From IMG/VR virus record IMGVR_UViG_2772190613_000004: 64,000 nt of DNA; one strand, 5' to 3'. The position numbers and the translations under genes are program-made. The stretch is from a virus. The stretch's first letter is position 1; every line of letters begins with the position of its first letter. The notes beneath the pieces are model-generated. The model did not search any database. It was not told the DNA's origin and saw only the letters and a list, made by a program, of their open reading frames with translations. Of the stretch, positions 28,914 to 38,821 are shown piece by piece.

Positions 28914-29762
28914 CTATCCTCCGCTCGGGAAATTCGTGCTACCAGGGAAATTCAGCAGCCCAGGGAAGCCGTCGCCAGCGACCGGCGCAGTCACCTTGAC
29001 AGCACCGACCAGGGCCTCGTAGCCAACGACAAGGCTCCGTTCAGCGACCGCCACAAACTCGTCGAACCCCGCAGTGGGGGCGTCGCGCAGCGCCACCGGC
29101 CCGCGCCAACCAAACGTCGGTGATGTCGCCACCAGAGTCGAACCCAGACCCCCGACGTAGCCGCCACCAAACACCCACTGATGCCCCAGGGGAGTCACCA
29201 GCTTGCTGCCGTTGTAGCGCACCAGATTCGCGTACGCCGCGAACGTCGCCCACTCCGCCGACGCGTGAATCTGGCCGACCGTGTTGGTCTTCGCCAACAG
29301 CCCCTCCAGGAATGCCACCGCGGCCACCACGCCCGCAGCGCTGCCCGGCGTGCCCGCGTCGGCCAGCATTCGAGTGGCCAGTTTGGCTTCAACCGCGTTG
29401 GGTTCCTGCAGCCGGTGCACCTGCTGTGCCCGTACACGGACCTCGTCGCGGCTCCGCTGCGTCAGATCGCACTCGTCCGACGCCCACGACGTGAACGCCA
29501 TGAACGTGTCCGGAAACTCGGGCCGGACACCGCGTTTGGCGTCCGTGTCGGGATCGAGATCGTCCTCCGACACACACCACGGGTGTTCCCACACACCGAA
29601 CTGCGCTCCGCCACCGTAGTTGAACACCCGGACGTCGACACCGGACGCCAACCAGCGCAGCGGCCCATCCTCGTCCGTCCACTGGGTAGCACCGAACAAG
29701 CCGTTCGGCGCCGGGTTCACCAGCGGAGCGTCGAACACCACCGGAGAAAATGCAGTGGTCAT
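28914..29762 (-). CDS. second capsid protein (pentamer-type candidate)
   Basis: Follows the major capsid gene; TPLGHQWVFGGGY, AVAER; two capsid proteins are known in B-like phages. Confidence 0.7.
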   Translation of the reverse strand: MTTAFSPVVFDAPLVNPAPNGLFGATQWTDEDGPLRWLASGVDVRVFNYGGGAQFGVWEHPWCVSEDDLDPDTDAKRGVRPEFPDTFMAFTSWASDECDLTQRSRDEVRVRAQQVHRLQEPNAVEAKLATRMLADAGTPGSAAGVVAAVAFLEGLLAKTNTVGQIHASAEWATFAAYANLVRYNGSKLVTPLGHQWVFGGGYVGGLGSTLVATSPTFGWRGPVALRDAPTAGFDEFVAVAERSLVVGYEALVGAVKVTAPVAGDGFPGLLNFPGSTNFPSGG

Positions 29763-29784
29763 GGCGTGCGGTCCTCTCTACCGG

Positions 29785-29838
29785 GGAAGGCGGGCAGCGT
29801 GAGAAAGCCTCGGATGCTGTTCACGCCGCCCGCCTCGT
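29785..29838 (-). terminator. hairpin after the major capsid gene
   Basis: AGGCGGGCGGCGTGA/TCACGCTGCCCGCCT stem. Confidence 0.6.
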
Positions 29839-29861
29839 CCATTGCGATACCCGGGCCTCGA

Positions 29862-31916
29862 CTAGGAGATGTTCACGCCAGCGCCGGGCTGGGTGCCACC
29901 CGTCAACGAGTTGACGGCCAGCTGCAGGTCTCCCAGCTTCGCCGGGTAGGTCACCACCAGCGGAGCGCCCGGCAGCGGGCCACCCGCAACGGTGATGTCG
30001 CCCGCCTGGGTGACGCCATCGTCGATGGCGGTCAGCGCCGTGTCCGCGTTGGCCGCGGACGAGTTGAACGCGATCGACCCGGACGGGATGTTGTTGGCGG
30101 AGAACTTCAGCGTCATCCCGCCACCGGTCGGGGTACCGGGCACGGCGACCGTCTTCGTCACCGTGGCCGACTGGCACACGATGGTCTCGCGCGCACCGAC
30201 CGCACCGTTCGTGCACAGCGGCACCCGGATCAGATCCGACGGGCCGCAACGCTTCCCGACAAGGAACGAGTCCTCCAAGAACCCATGGGTGTAGCGGTTG
30301 AGCTGCACCTGCTCGATCGGGTACTGGACACCGAGGGTGATGACGTTGTCCAGTGACCGGAAGAACGTGCCCGCCGGGTACAGGATCACGTCGACACTGC
30401 CAGGCCACCACGAGGTGTCCAGGTGGCCGGGCTGTCCGGTGCCGAGGGACTGCCAGGTGCCCTCGTACTGCAGGTAGATCCCGCGGACCGCCAGCCAGTT
30501 GTCGATCTCGGCGTCAGACACCGACAGCATGTCCTTGCCGTCCCGCATCGCCAGATCGGCGCGCAGCACGTCGCGGAACCACACCGGCGCAACACCTTCA
30601 ATGGTGTCCCGGCGGGTCTTAAGCTGAATGTTGCGGGCCCGCACGTGCAGACCGTTCAGGACGCCGGTGGTGGCGCCCAGCACCGCGTCGGTGGGCACGA
30701 CCTTGGCGGCGCTGGACTCGCCGAGCATCTTCTGCACGGTCTTCGCCGAAACGCGGTACTGGTGGGCCACCAGGAACTCGTCGACGAACTTTTCGATCAG
30801 CTCCGGCCACGCCTGCCGCTGCAGGATGCCGGCCTTGACCGCCCAGCCGATCGCCTCGAGTCGGTATTCGATCATGTCGTCGGGGCAAGGGATCTCGACG
30901 AATTCCTTGACCGCGGTCGGGTTGCCGTTACCGTCGGTGGCTTCCAACTGCGGCTCGGTGTAGTGGAAACCGGTCTGCAGCGCGGTGAAATCCGGCTCGG
31001 CGGGGAACCGGATACCGCCACGCTTGATCGCGATCTCCGGCAGCGACAGCAGGTTGGCCGCCGCGGGGGTGGGGCAGAAGTCGTACAGCTGCTCCGACGG
31101 GGCGCACCAGCCACCGGCGGCGACGAGCGCCTCAGCGGAAACCTTGCCGCGCCCGGGGATCTCGTCGACGATGAGGTCCAGTTCGGCCCACAGGTCCTGC
31201 GCGTTCTCGATGACCTTGCCCTGCGGCCGAGCCATCTTGGCCAGCGCCTGGGTAGCGAACGCCTGACCACCAAGGGTGGTCTCGCCGGTCGGCTGGCGAC
31301 CGGTCCGCTGACCAGCCTGCACCGAATCGATCGCCTCAGCGATCTCGCGGGAGCTGACGTTGGCGCCGCCGAACTCGGCGAACTTCGGCATCGACGCCAG
31401 CGGCGTCCACCGCTTCGGCTTCTCACCGGCCGGGGCGTCGGCTGGGATGTCACTGTTGCGGACGGCGCCACCGAAACTCACCCCGGCGCCGGCGGTCACG
31501 GCAGCACTGGATTCGGCGGCTTCCGCTGTCGCGGCCTCAGCCTCGGCGACTACCTCGGCAGCGGCAGTGTCGGCGTCGGCGGCTGGCACTTCTGCCTCGG
31601 TGCCGGATTCCGCATCGGCGTCGGCGGCCGGCGCCGGGTCGGTGGCTTTCTTGGTGGCACTGGTCGAACGCTCGATGAGGCCCTTGACCTTGTCGGCCTG
31701 GGTCTGCTCGGCGGCGGCGAGGGTGTCGCGCTCGGTGGTGACCTTCTCGTGCGCCTCGGTGACGTATTCGAACCGGGCCACTTCGTCCTCGGTGAACTCG
31801 TCACCGGCCGCATAGCGGGCCTGGAAGACGTTGATCTCGGCGGCGACGGCCGCGGCCAGTTCTTCCAGTTCGGTGACGGTGGCGGGCAGCTGATCGGGCA
31901 GCGTCGTGAACTTCAC
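29862..31916 (-). CDS. major capsid protein (N-terminal scaffold, C-terminal accessory domain)
   Basis: LVAAGGWCAPSEQLYD, RGGIRF, WPEL. Confidence 0.9.
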   Translation of the reverse strand: MKFTTLPDQLPATVTELEELAAAVAAEINVFQARYAAGDEFTEDEVARFEYVTEAHEKVTTERDTLAAAEQTQADKVKGLIERSTSATKKATDPAPAADADAESGTEAEVPAADADTAAAEVVAEAEAATAEAAESSAAVTAGAGVSFGGAVRNSDIPADAPAGEKPKRWTPLASMPKFAEFGGANVSSREIAEAIDSVQAGQRTGRQPTGETTLGGQAFATQALAKMARPQGKVIENAQDLWAELDLIVDEIPGRGKVSAEALVAAGGWCAPSEQLYDFCPTPAAANLLSLPEIAIKRGGIRFPAEPDFTALQTGFHYTEPQLEATDGNGNPTAVKEFVEIPCPDDMIEYRLEAIGWAVKAGILQRQAWPELIEKFVDEFLVAHQYRVSAKTVQKMLGESSAAKVVPTDAVLGATTGVLNGLHVRARNIQLKTRRDTIEGVAPVWFRDVLRADLAMRDGKDMLSVSDAEIDNWLAVRGIYLQYEGTWQSLGTGQPGHLDTSWWPGSVDVILYPAGTFFRSLDNVITLGVQYPIEQVQLNRYTHGFLEDSFLVGKRCGPSDLIRVPLCTNGAVGARETIVCQSATVTKTVAVPGTPTGGGMTLKFSANNIPSGSIAFNSSAANADTALTAIDDGVTQAGDITVAGGPLPGAPLVVTYPAKLGDLQLAVNSLTGGTQPGAGVNIS

Positions 31917-32044
31917 TGCAATGGCTCCTGTCTCGGATCAAAAGGGGTACTGCCTGTTTCCGATCGCTCCCCGGCACATAGCGCATGGCAGGAACTCTCT
32001 GGCGCCGGACAGTAAGAGGGCACGGTGCACCGACCCGGGCACGC

Positions 32045-32073
32045 GAAAGCCCCGGCGGAGACCGGGGGCTTTC
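32045..32073. terminator. intrinsic terminator
   Basis: GAAAGCCCCGG-loop-CCGGGGGCTTTC. Confidence 0.75.
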
Positions 32074-32096
32074 GGCAGCCTTTCTGCAGCTATCGG

Positions 32097-32282
32097 CTAT
32101 GCGCTGCTGGTAATCGTTTTGATCGTGCCGCCGCCGTTGCGGAGCTGCTCTTTCTTCGCTTCCAGGTAGATCAGGAACGTCTTCACCGTCTTGTCAGGCG
32201 CGGTGTACTCGTAGCCCTCCACCGTCGAGCCCGTCGACGTCTTGGCTCCGGCACGCCGACCGCCCCTGCAGCTGCACCCCAT
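32097..32282 (-). CDS. small MGCSC head-module protein
   Basis: TGATG coupling to the protease gene. Confidence 0.75.
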   Translation of the reverse strand: MGCSCRGGRRAGAKTSTGSTVEGYEYTAPDKTVKTFLIYLEAKKEQLRNGGGTIKTITSSA

Positions 32283-34765
32283 CAGGCACGCCCCGCGAGC
32301 ATCTGACCGATCCGCTCTGTTGGCGTCAGCTCAGCAGGCGGATCACCAACTGCGGCGAAAGCCCGCGCCAACACGGCGTCACGACGCTGCGCCAACTCCG
32401 CAGCCCGCTGGGAATCTGCCAACGCCTCCGCGACGGCCGCCTTGATGTCCTCCCGCGACAACACCGGCCGAGCCGGCGCGCCTGGTCGCGGCGACATCGA
32501 CGCGACCAACGACAGCGGGTTACCTCGCGAGTCGGTCGTGGCCCGGCACAGGAACCCTGGAGTGTTCACCGCGAGCGCGGCGACCAGTTCGAGCGCACCA
32601 CCGTACGGACGCCAGTCACCGGACAGCGGTGCCGCCAAACCCATTTCGATCTTCTCCGGCGTGGCCCACGGAGCAGCGACACCCGACACCCAGATGCCGT
32701 GCGCGTCCTCACCCGCGCGGACCAGCGCGAAGCAGGCCTCAGTGTTGTCGTAGTGCGCTTGCGCCTCGGCGTTGCTGATCCCCGAGGTCGGGGCGTGCCC
32801 GATCCCCACGGTGAGCCGGCCGACCGGCAGGCGACTGCCGTCCGACAGGTGCACCGGCGGGCTGGTGTGAAAGTGCGCGTACCCGGTCTGAGAGTGCGGC
32901 GGCGAGATGTGGCCCAGCCCCACAGAGCGGTGCTTTTCCTTGAAATCCGCGATGTGCCCGTAGATCCGACCTGTCTGGGGGTTCATCGTCAGCATCGTCG
33001 GCCCGGGCAGCTTCGGATCGGAGAACAACGCCGGGTCGTACACGCGGGGCTGGAATTTCGCGGCGGCTGACGCCACCAGCGCCGTGTCCCGGGATTCCCG
33101 TTCGGCGTTCAGCGCGATGCGCGTCTGCCCAAACGCCGGGATCGCCACGATGGTCGCCGCCGTCAGCGTGGCCTCGGTGACCGTCTCATAGATCGGCAGT
33201 TCTGGGTCGTAATTCTCGTCCGTGACGATCGTGCCGTCTTCGTAGGTCCACGTCGCGGTGGCGTTGGCCAGATCGACCGACGGGTTGCACACACCGTGCG
33301 CAACGAGATCCATCGCCTTGAGCGCGTTCTCGTTGTTCAGCATGTAGCCCGACGCGAGCACCTGGCCGTTCTTGAAGTCGATCGACTCGATGACACCGAC
33401 GGTGACGGATCCGTAGTGGCCGCCCTCCATCTTCTCGCACCACTGCAGCGGCATCGGGGTGTCGCGCATCGACAGTGCGATGTCCGCGGCGAGCATGCGG
33501 CGGTCATCGGTGGGGGTGCCGGTCACCGCGAACAGTGCGTCGGTGAAGGTCAGATAGGTCTCCGAGTCGGTGGTGTCGCCACCGTCGGCGGCGAAGGCCG
33601 ACAGTTCGGCCTTGGTGGGTCCGCCAATCACTGGGGTCGTCATGTCGTACTCCTGTTCACTTGGTGCGGCCCAGCCGCCGGATGCCACTTGCCCAATACC
33701 GTTCGGATCGTCTCGGGCCCGGACGTTCCCGCTGTCGGCCCGCCGCCGGATCTCGTCGGCCTGGCTACCTTGACGGTTGACCTGCACGCTGTCGCGACCG
33801 TTGAGACGCTCGGTGTGCCGGTCCACCTCGTCGGGAATCTCCTCGTCGACGGCGAGAATGCCGACACGGCAACGGCAGTTCTTCACCTCAGCCGGCGAGC
33901 CCGCCGGGTCACCGGGCACGAACAGTTGGTCAGCGCCGACGGAGAACCGCCCGGCGAGCGGCACCCGCTGCCCATCAGCAGCCCAATGCGTCGGCCTCGT
34001 CTTCCCGTCGATCGTGCAGATCCACGTCTTCTCCAGTTCCTCACCGGACTCACGCGCCGACGCCACCGCCGCAGCGACGACCGCGTGGTTCATCACGCCA
34101 GCCGCCTGGTACCCGCCGCCACGGGCGATCTCCCGCATCACAGCCGACGACGGCTGCAACACCTTGGCCGCCTCCGCCTGCAGCACCGCGGGCCGATCCT
34201 CGGGGATCACCGACACCGTCAGCACCGGATCGGAGATCGCCGCAGTGACCTTGGCGCGGACCGCTTTCGGGGTGCTGGTGAAAATGTCCTCACGTTTTGA
34301 GGACAGGAAATCGTCGCGCGCAGCAGCCAGCGACGGCGTGGCCTGCACATATGCGACAGCGTCGTTCACCTCCGCACGGGACTGCCGCACCGATGCCGAA
34401 ATAATGTCGATCACCGCGTCGTCGATCTCGGGCACCGGCGGACGCTCGTCGCCGCCGTCGCCACCTATCGAGGGAACGACGCCAGCGAGGCCCGACAGGG
34501 TTTCGTAGACCGCGACCGCCCACAGGACCGCAAGGCCGGCGACGATCACCGCCGTGGCGGCTGTCTCCCACGACGGCTGCTGCTGCGCGACAGCATCGGG
34601 GTCCGGCGGCAGCTGCTCTCCCGCGGCCGAGGCCGTCAGCGACGGCAACACCGCGGCCTGCACATCCGGCGCCCACCGGCGGATCGCCTCCGCGTACAGG
34701 TCACTGATCGCCGTCTCCGCTTTGATGGTGTGCGACAACGCTTCATCACGCCCAGGGAAGAACAT
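32282..34765 (-). CDS. MuF-like minor capsid protein fused to capsid maturation protease
   Basis: KTW..DGKTRPTH..DGQ..PGDP..NCRC, then protease region with LSGDWR. Confidence 0.9.
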   Translation of the reverse strand: MFFPGRDEALSHTIKAETAISDLYAEAIRRWAPDVQAAVLPSLTASAAGEQLPPDPDAVAQQQPSWETAATAVIVAGLAVLWAVAVYETLSGLAGVVPSIGGDGGDERPPVPEIDDAVIDIISASVRQSRAEVNDAVAYVQATPSLAAARDDFLSSKREDIFTSTPKAVRAKVTAAISDPVLTVSVIPEDRPAVLQAEAAKVLQPSSAVMREIARGGGYQAAGVMNHAVVAAAVASARESGEELEKTWICTIDGKTRPTHWAADGQRVPLAGRFSVGADQLFVPGDPAGSPAEVKNCRCRVGILAVDEEIPDEVDRHTERLNGRDSVQVNRQGSQADEIRRRADSGNVRARDDPNGIGQVASGGWAAPSEQEYDMTTPVIGGPTKAELSAFAADGGDTTDSETYLTFTDALFAVTGTPTDDRRMLAADIALSMRDTPMPLQWCEKMEGGHYGSVTVGVIESIDFKNGQVLASGYMLNNENALKAMDLVAHGVCNPSVDLANATATWTYEDGTIVTDENYDPELPIYETVTEATLTAATIVAIPAFGQTRIALNAERESRDTALVASAAAKFQPRVYDPALFSDPKLPGPTMLTMNPQTGRIYGHIADFKEKHRSVGLGHISPPHSQTGYAHFHTSPPVHLSDGSRLPVGRLTVGIGHAPTSGISNAEAQAHYDNTEACFALVRAGEDAHGIWVSGVAAPWATPEKIEMGLAAPLSGDWRPYGGALELVAALAVNTPGFLCRATTDSRGNPLSLVASMSPRPGAPARPVLSREDIKAAVAEALADSQRAAELAQRRDAVLARAFAAVGDPPAELTPTERIGQMLAGRA

Positions 34766-34908
34766 CAGCCCCGCTCCTCCACTGGCTCGGCGGCCCTCAG
34801 ACGGCAGTAGGTGTAATCGCCCATCCCGCCGGAAACGTGAACCCACTTCGGCCCAAGCAAGAAGTTCCGGTGCTCAATCTGTTCGCCACAGTGCTTGCAG
34901 ACGTGCAT
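34765..34908 (-). CDS. 47-aa Zn-finger microprotein
   Basis: MHVCKHCGEQI..WVH..YC..AEP; TGATG coupling at both ends. Confidence 0.75.
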   Translation of the reverse strand: MHVCKHCGEQIEHRNFLLGPKWVHVSGGMGDYTYCRLRAAEPVEERG

Positions 34909-36821
34909 CAGACCACCTGCCCGTCGACCACCTGGGCGGTGAGCTCGCGGCGCGCGATACGCCGCACCGCCGCCCGAACGCGCTCAGGGTCCAGACCGTG
35001 CGCCGCGGCGAAATCACCGTCGAGCACATCGTCAAATCCCTTGATCAACCTGCCGACTTCACCGTCGTCGACCGGCGGCATGAACCGGTGATAGTCCCGG
35101 GTCGCGACGTCACGCAGACGCGCGTGCTGCACACGGTCGTTCGTTCGAACCCTGCGCTTGCCGGCCAACTCCAGTGCCCGGCCGACGAGCAGGTCCACAA
35201 CGGCCAGTTCGACATCGCCACGCAGGCCCGCGGCCTGGTCGCCGCTGTTGTCCTCGGTGGCCGGTTCCTGCTGCCCATCCGCGCCCGACTCGTCATCGGA
35301 TTGCTGGTTGTCGGCCGGCGGCGGCAACGCAGGCTGCGGCTCAGGGAAATCGATGGCCTGCACGCTCGCGTCGAGCAGCGGCAGCAACGTCGGCAACAGC
35401 GTCGGATCCTGCGAAACCTTGTCCTGCGCCCACTGTTTCCAGCCATCCAAACTGGTGAAGTCGTAGAGCGCATCATCCGGCAGCCCGTACTGACGGACCA
35501 ACGCCTCGGCCGTGATAGCGCCGCGGTCGAACGCGTCGCGGGCCTCGTCGGTCTTGTCCGGGTCGGCGGTCAGGCGACTCGCGTCGTACCACAGGACATA
35601 CTTGTCCGGATCGATCCCAGCCGCGACCAGCATGTGGCGCAGCACGCTGTCATAGATGGCCTGGCAGATCGTTTCCAGCACCGGCGACACGTGCAGCTGC
35701 ACATCGTTGTCCGACATCAGCCACGCAGACCAGTGGTTCGAGTTGCCGAGCCCGAGCAACTGTTCCGGCGACATGTCCAGGCCCATCGCGAGCCGCGCGA
35801 TCGCCTCCGTGCGCGTCTTGAGCGCAATGTCGGTAACGTCCTTGCCGATCTCCTGGTGATGGATCTTCGACAGGTGCTCGCCCGGGGCCGCGACCACGAC
35901 AGGCACCAGGGCCGCCATGCTGTCCGGATCCTTGGCTGCCGTCTCACCGACGCGAACGATCATGTGCTGCACCTTCTCCGCGACACCCTGCCGGCGAGCT
36001 GGTGACGTCGGTGACCCGGCCGGCTTGTCCGCCGATACCGGGGCCTGCGAATCTGGCAGGCTCGCCTCCGACGGCACAAACAGCAGCCCGTTGTTCAGCA
36101 GCCGCGAATTATCAGCGTTGCGGATCTTCTTTGTCGTGCGGACGATCTCACGCAGCGGATCCAGGCACGCCTGCACCGGCGACGTCGGCTCGGATGCGTC
36201 CTCAGCGTCCTGATTCCACACCCGAAACATGCCATCCCCGGCCGCGGCGTCGAACTCGTGCTTGGACCCATCCGGCAGTTTGATCACGACGCTGTTCCGC
36301 CGCGCACCCTTCTCGATTTCCTTGCGGCTGACCACAAACCACCGCTCAGGCAGCAGTGACCCATCCGCCCAACCCGCCGCCGGCCGCACAAGGATCGCGA
36401 TCCAATGCTCCCCCGGCACCGTGAGGCACTCAGCCGCGCGTTTGATGATCTTCGCCTGCCCCAGTGGGCCGCCGGCGATCTCGCGTACGATCTCCGCGAA
36501 CCGCATACCCTCGGCGTTGTCGGGATCGATGCTGCCGGTCGGCAACCCAGTGTCGGGATCAATCTCCGACGCGACGAGCCGCACACGGGAGCACGAGTTG
36601 GCGCGCCAACGCACGTAATAGCCGAGCTCACCAACAGCGCGGTACATCTCCCAGGCTTCGGCCTGCCAGTTGTTGCGGCGACCCATCGTCGCGGAACCGA
36701 ACACCTTGCTCGGGTCACTCACTGGTGCGCTGGCTGCCGTCAGCGCGACAGGACGCGCACCGGACGCGACCAGCGCGGTGCCCTTACGGCGTCGAACGAC
36801 GCGCAAATCCGGAGCTGCCAC
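34908..36821 (-). CDS. portal protein
   Basis: WQAEAW, VGEL, SRLLNNGLLFVP, NHWSAW; start reassigned using the promoter motif. Confidence 0.9.
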   Translation of the reverse strand: MAAPDLRVVRRRKGTALVASGARPVALTAASAPVSDPSKVFGSATMGRRNNWQAEAWEMYRAVGELGYYVRWRANSCSRVRLVASEIDPDTGLPTGSIDPDNAEGMRFAEIVREIAGGPLGQAKIIKRAAECLTVPGEHWIAILVRPAAGWADGSLLPERWFVVSRKEIEKGARRNSVVIKLPDGSKHEFDAAAGDGMFRVWNQDAEDASEPTSPVQACLDPLREIVRTTKKIRNADNSRLLNNGLLFVPSEASLPDSQAPVSADKPAGSPTSPARRQGVAEKVQHMIVRVGETAAKDPDSMAALVPVVVAAPGEHLSKIHHQEIGKDVTDIALKTRTEAIARLAMGLDMSPEQLLGLGNSNHWSAWLMSDNDVQLHVSPVLETICQAIYDSVLRHMLVAAGIDPDKYVLWYDASRLTADPDKTDEARDAFDRGAITAEALVRQYGLPDDALYDFTSLDGWKQWAQDKVSQDPTLLPTLLPLLDASVQAIDFPEPQPALPPPADNQQSDDESGADGQQEPATEDNSGDQAAGLRGDVELAVVDLLVGRALELAGKRRVRTNDRVQHARLRDVATRDYHRFMPPVDDGEVGRLIKGFDDVLDGDFAAAHGLDPERVRAAVRRIARRELTAQVVDGQVV

Positions 36822-36848
36822 GAGCGAGACGGTAGCCAAGCTGGGTGT

Positions 36849-37265
36849 TTACTCGTCGTTCTCGACGATCTCGATGTCCTCGTCCGCCGACAGCGGCGCC
36901 GCCAGCCCGACGAGGTGACTGGTGGCCAACGCAACTCCGAACGCCGCCCACCACGGCCACCCGACGAGCACCACCGGCACGATCGCAGTCGCCAGCGACA
37001 GCCAGAACCCCACGCACCACGGGCATCCGATGAAGTACGCCAGGGTGTTCCACCGCGCCATCGTCCGCAGATGCAGCTCCGCCGCGATGGGCTGCATGTT
37101 CACCTCCGCCTCTTCACCGGCCGACTTCGCGGTCTGGGCCCGGCGTGCGATACGGATCCGCAACGGGTCCAGCACGGTGTCGAAGTTGACCAGGCGAACG
37201 AGCCGCATCACCGCCAGCACGTAGACGATGAGAATCAGAATCGTCACACCGAGGTCGTGACTCAT
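36849..37265 (-). CDS. DUF1360-like membrane protein
   Basis: RLVRLVNFD, CPWCVGFW, TM helices. Confidence 0.8.
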   Translation of the reverse strand: MSHDLGVTILILIVYVLAVMRLVRLVNFDTVLDPLRIRIARRAQTAKSAGEEAEVNMQPIAAELHLRTMARWNTLAYFIGCPWCVGFWLSLATAIVPVVLVGWPWWAAFGVALATSHLVGLAAPLSADEDIEIVENDE

Positions 37266-37786
37266 ATGGTCACCGCTTCCTGCTTGCTGATGAGTTCCCG
37301 TTGGATCCGAACGTATTCGGGGACCTTGCGCGGCTTTGGCCGGACGCTCGCGATGTATTCGAGGATGTCCGTGGTCAACTTGAACCACTCGCCGCGCACC
37401 CGATGTTCAGCAAACCGTCGATGAAGTTCCCGCTCCAACTTCGGGCCGCCGGGCATCTCCAGCACAATGGTCAGTTCCGACGCATTCGCCACTTGAAGAT
37501 CAGCGAAACGAGCCTGGACCGAAGTGGCGTAACCAATCTTGACGTTCCCATGCTCATCGGAGATGAAATAAACCGACTGGGCCGGCTGCTCCATCCGCTC
37601 AAGATTGATGAACCCAGCCTCCACACATTTTCGGCAGTAGTCCTTGTTGCCACGCCGCACGACGTTCGCGCCCCGTACCCGATGGCCTTCCGCGCAGATT
37701 CCCGGACATCTCCCGCCCGTCTTGGCGTACAGCTTTTTCAGTTGTTCTTGTTCCGTGATATGCGGTGCTGTGAATCCGAGGCTCAT
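37262..37786 (-). CDS. Zn-ribbon + GIY-YIG (T5orf172-like) nuclease
   Basis: VYFI..VKIGY..R..LQ..ERELHRRF..RGEWF. Confidence 0.85.
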   Translation of the reverse strand: MSLGFTAPHITEQEQLKKLYAKTGGRCPGICAEGHRVRGANVVRRGNKDYCRKCVEAGFINLERMEQPAQSVYFISDEHGNVKIGYATSVQARFADLQVANASELTIVLEMPGGPKLERELHRRFAEHRVRGEWFKLTTDILEYIASVRPKPRKVPEYVRIQRELISKQEAVTI

Positions 37787-38367
37787 GACGCGGAAGCTAC
37801 GGCGGCAGCGTGCAAAACCGTCACACGATTGGTGTGATTGCCATTCTGGCCAGCGGTTTTTCGGCGCGCCCTGTACTGAGATGCACGCTCCCGGTTGCAC
37901 TCCCGGCAATAGTCGCGGCCCTGGTGACGATACAAGTTCCACTTAACCTTGGGATGCCCGCAGGTACGGAACGTCTCGATCCGCTCGCCAACCCTCAAGA
38001 CGTCCAGCAGCTGATCCACCTGGGCCCGCAGACGTTCCGCTTCCGTGCGTGATTCTCTGAGCTCCCGCCGTGTCAGCGCGTGATCTGATCGTTCAGTGCG
38101 CAGATCGTCGCCGAGCGCACGGGTTTCGGTCTGCGCGACGACGGCCATCTGGGTGATGTCCTCCGCGCGGATTGACCGCACCAGCCGCAACGAACAGCTC
38201 ATCCGGTCAGCGATGTCTTGCGCCGTCACCCCGGCGAGCGTGAGGCCGGCGACGATCCAGGCGCGGTCAGCGTCGGACAGTTCGGTCATCTTCCGCGAGG
38301 CTTTCGGCGTCGACAGCACCGCGGCCACCATGTGCTCGTCGGGCTGCCAGCGTTGCGGCGCCGTCAA
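37783..38367 (-). CDS. HTH + coiled coil + Zn-ribbon DNA-binding protein
   Basis: GVTAQDIADRMSCSLRLVRSI; CGH..YCREC. Confidence 0.8.
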   Translation of the reverse strand: MTAPQRWQPDEHMVAAVLSTPKASRKMTELSDADRAWIVAGLTLAGVTAQDIADRMSCSLRLVRSIRAEDITQMAVVAQTETRALGDDLRTERSDHALTRRELRESRTEAERLRAQVDQLLDVLRVGERIETFRTCGHPKVKWNLYRHQGRDYCRECNRERASQYRARRKTAGQNGNHTNRVTVLHAAAVASAS

Positions 38368-38520
38368 TGCCGATACCCGTTCGTCCCCACGGGGCCAAGG
38401 TAAGCCCGCTGCCAGCAACTACCCAGGCACGCACGCGAATGACACCTAAACCGTTACGCTGCAAGTGATCCTAGACACGGGAATGGTGGAGCCTCGGTAA
38501 CTATCGCTAGTGGACTGCCG

Positions 38521-38736
38521 CTACCTCTCTGGTCGGAAATTGAATTTGGCGAGTTCCTCCCGAAGATCGACGCCAAGGTCAGCTCCGAGGCGGTCAAATA
38601 CGGCGAGCATGGAAGCCGACAACGACATGACGAGATCATGCATTCTGGCCGGGTCGTCCTGCTCGGAGCAGTACCACTCCACCCGCGAGCGGAGATCTTG
38701 TGCAACTGCCGTGAGGAATTCGATGTCCTTGTTCAT
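38521..38736 (-). CDS. hypothetical protein
   Basis: TACGTT-N7-ATG leaderless start; helical. Confidence 0.65.
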   Translation of the reverse strand: MNKDIEFLTAVAQDLRSRVEWYCSEQDDPARMHDLVMSLSASMLAVFDRLGADLGVDLREELAKFNFRPER

Positions 38737-38821
38737 GAGGCCGAACGTAGACGGTTCGCGGTCACACCGCGGCAGTTTCGCCTTGTCCCTTCGGCGCGAG
38801 GACGCGGTACGAACACGTCCC

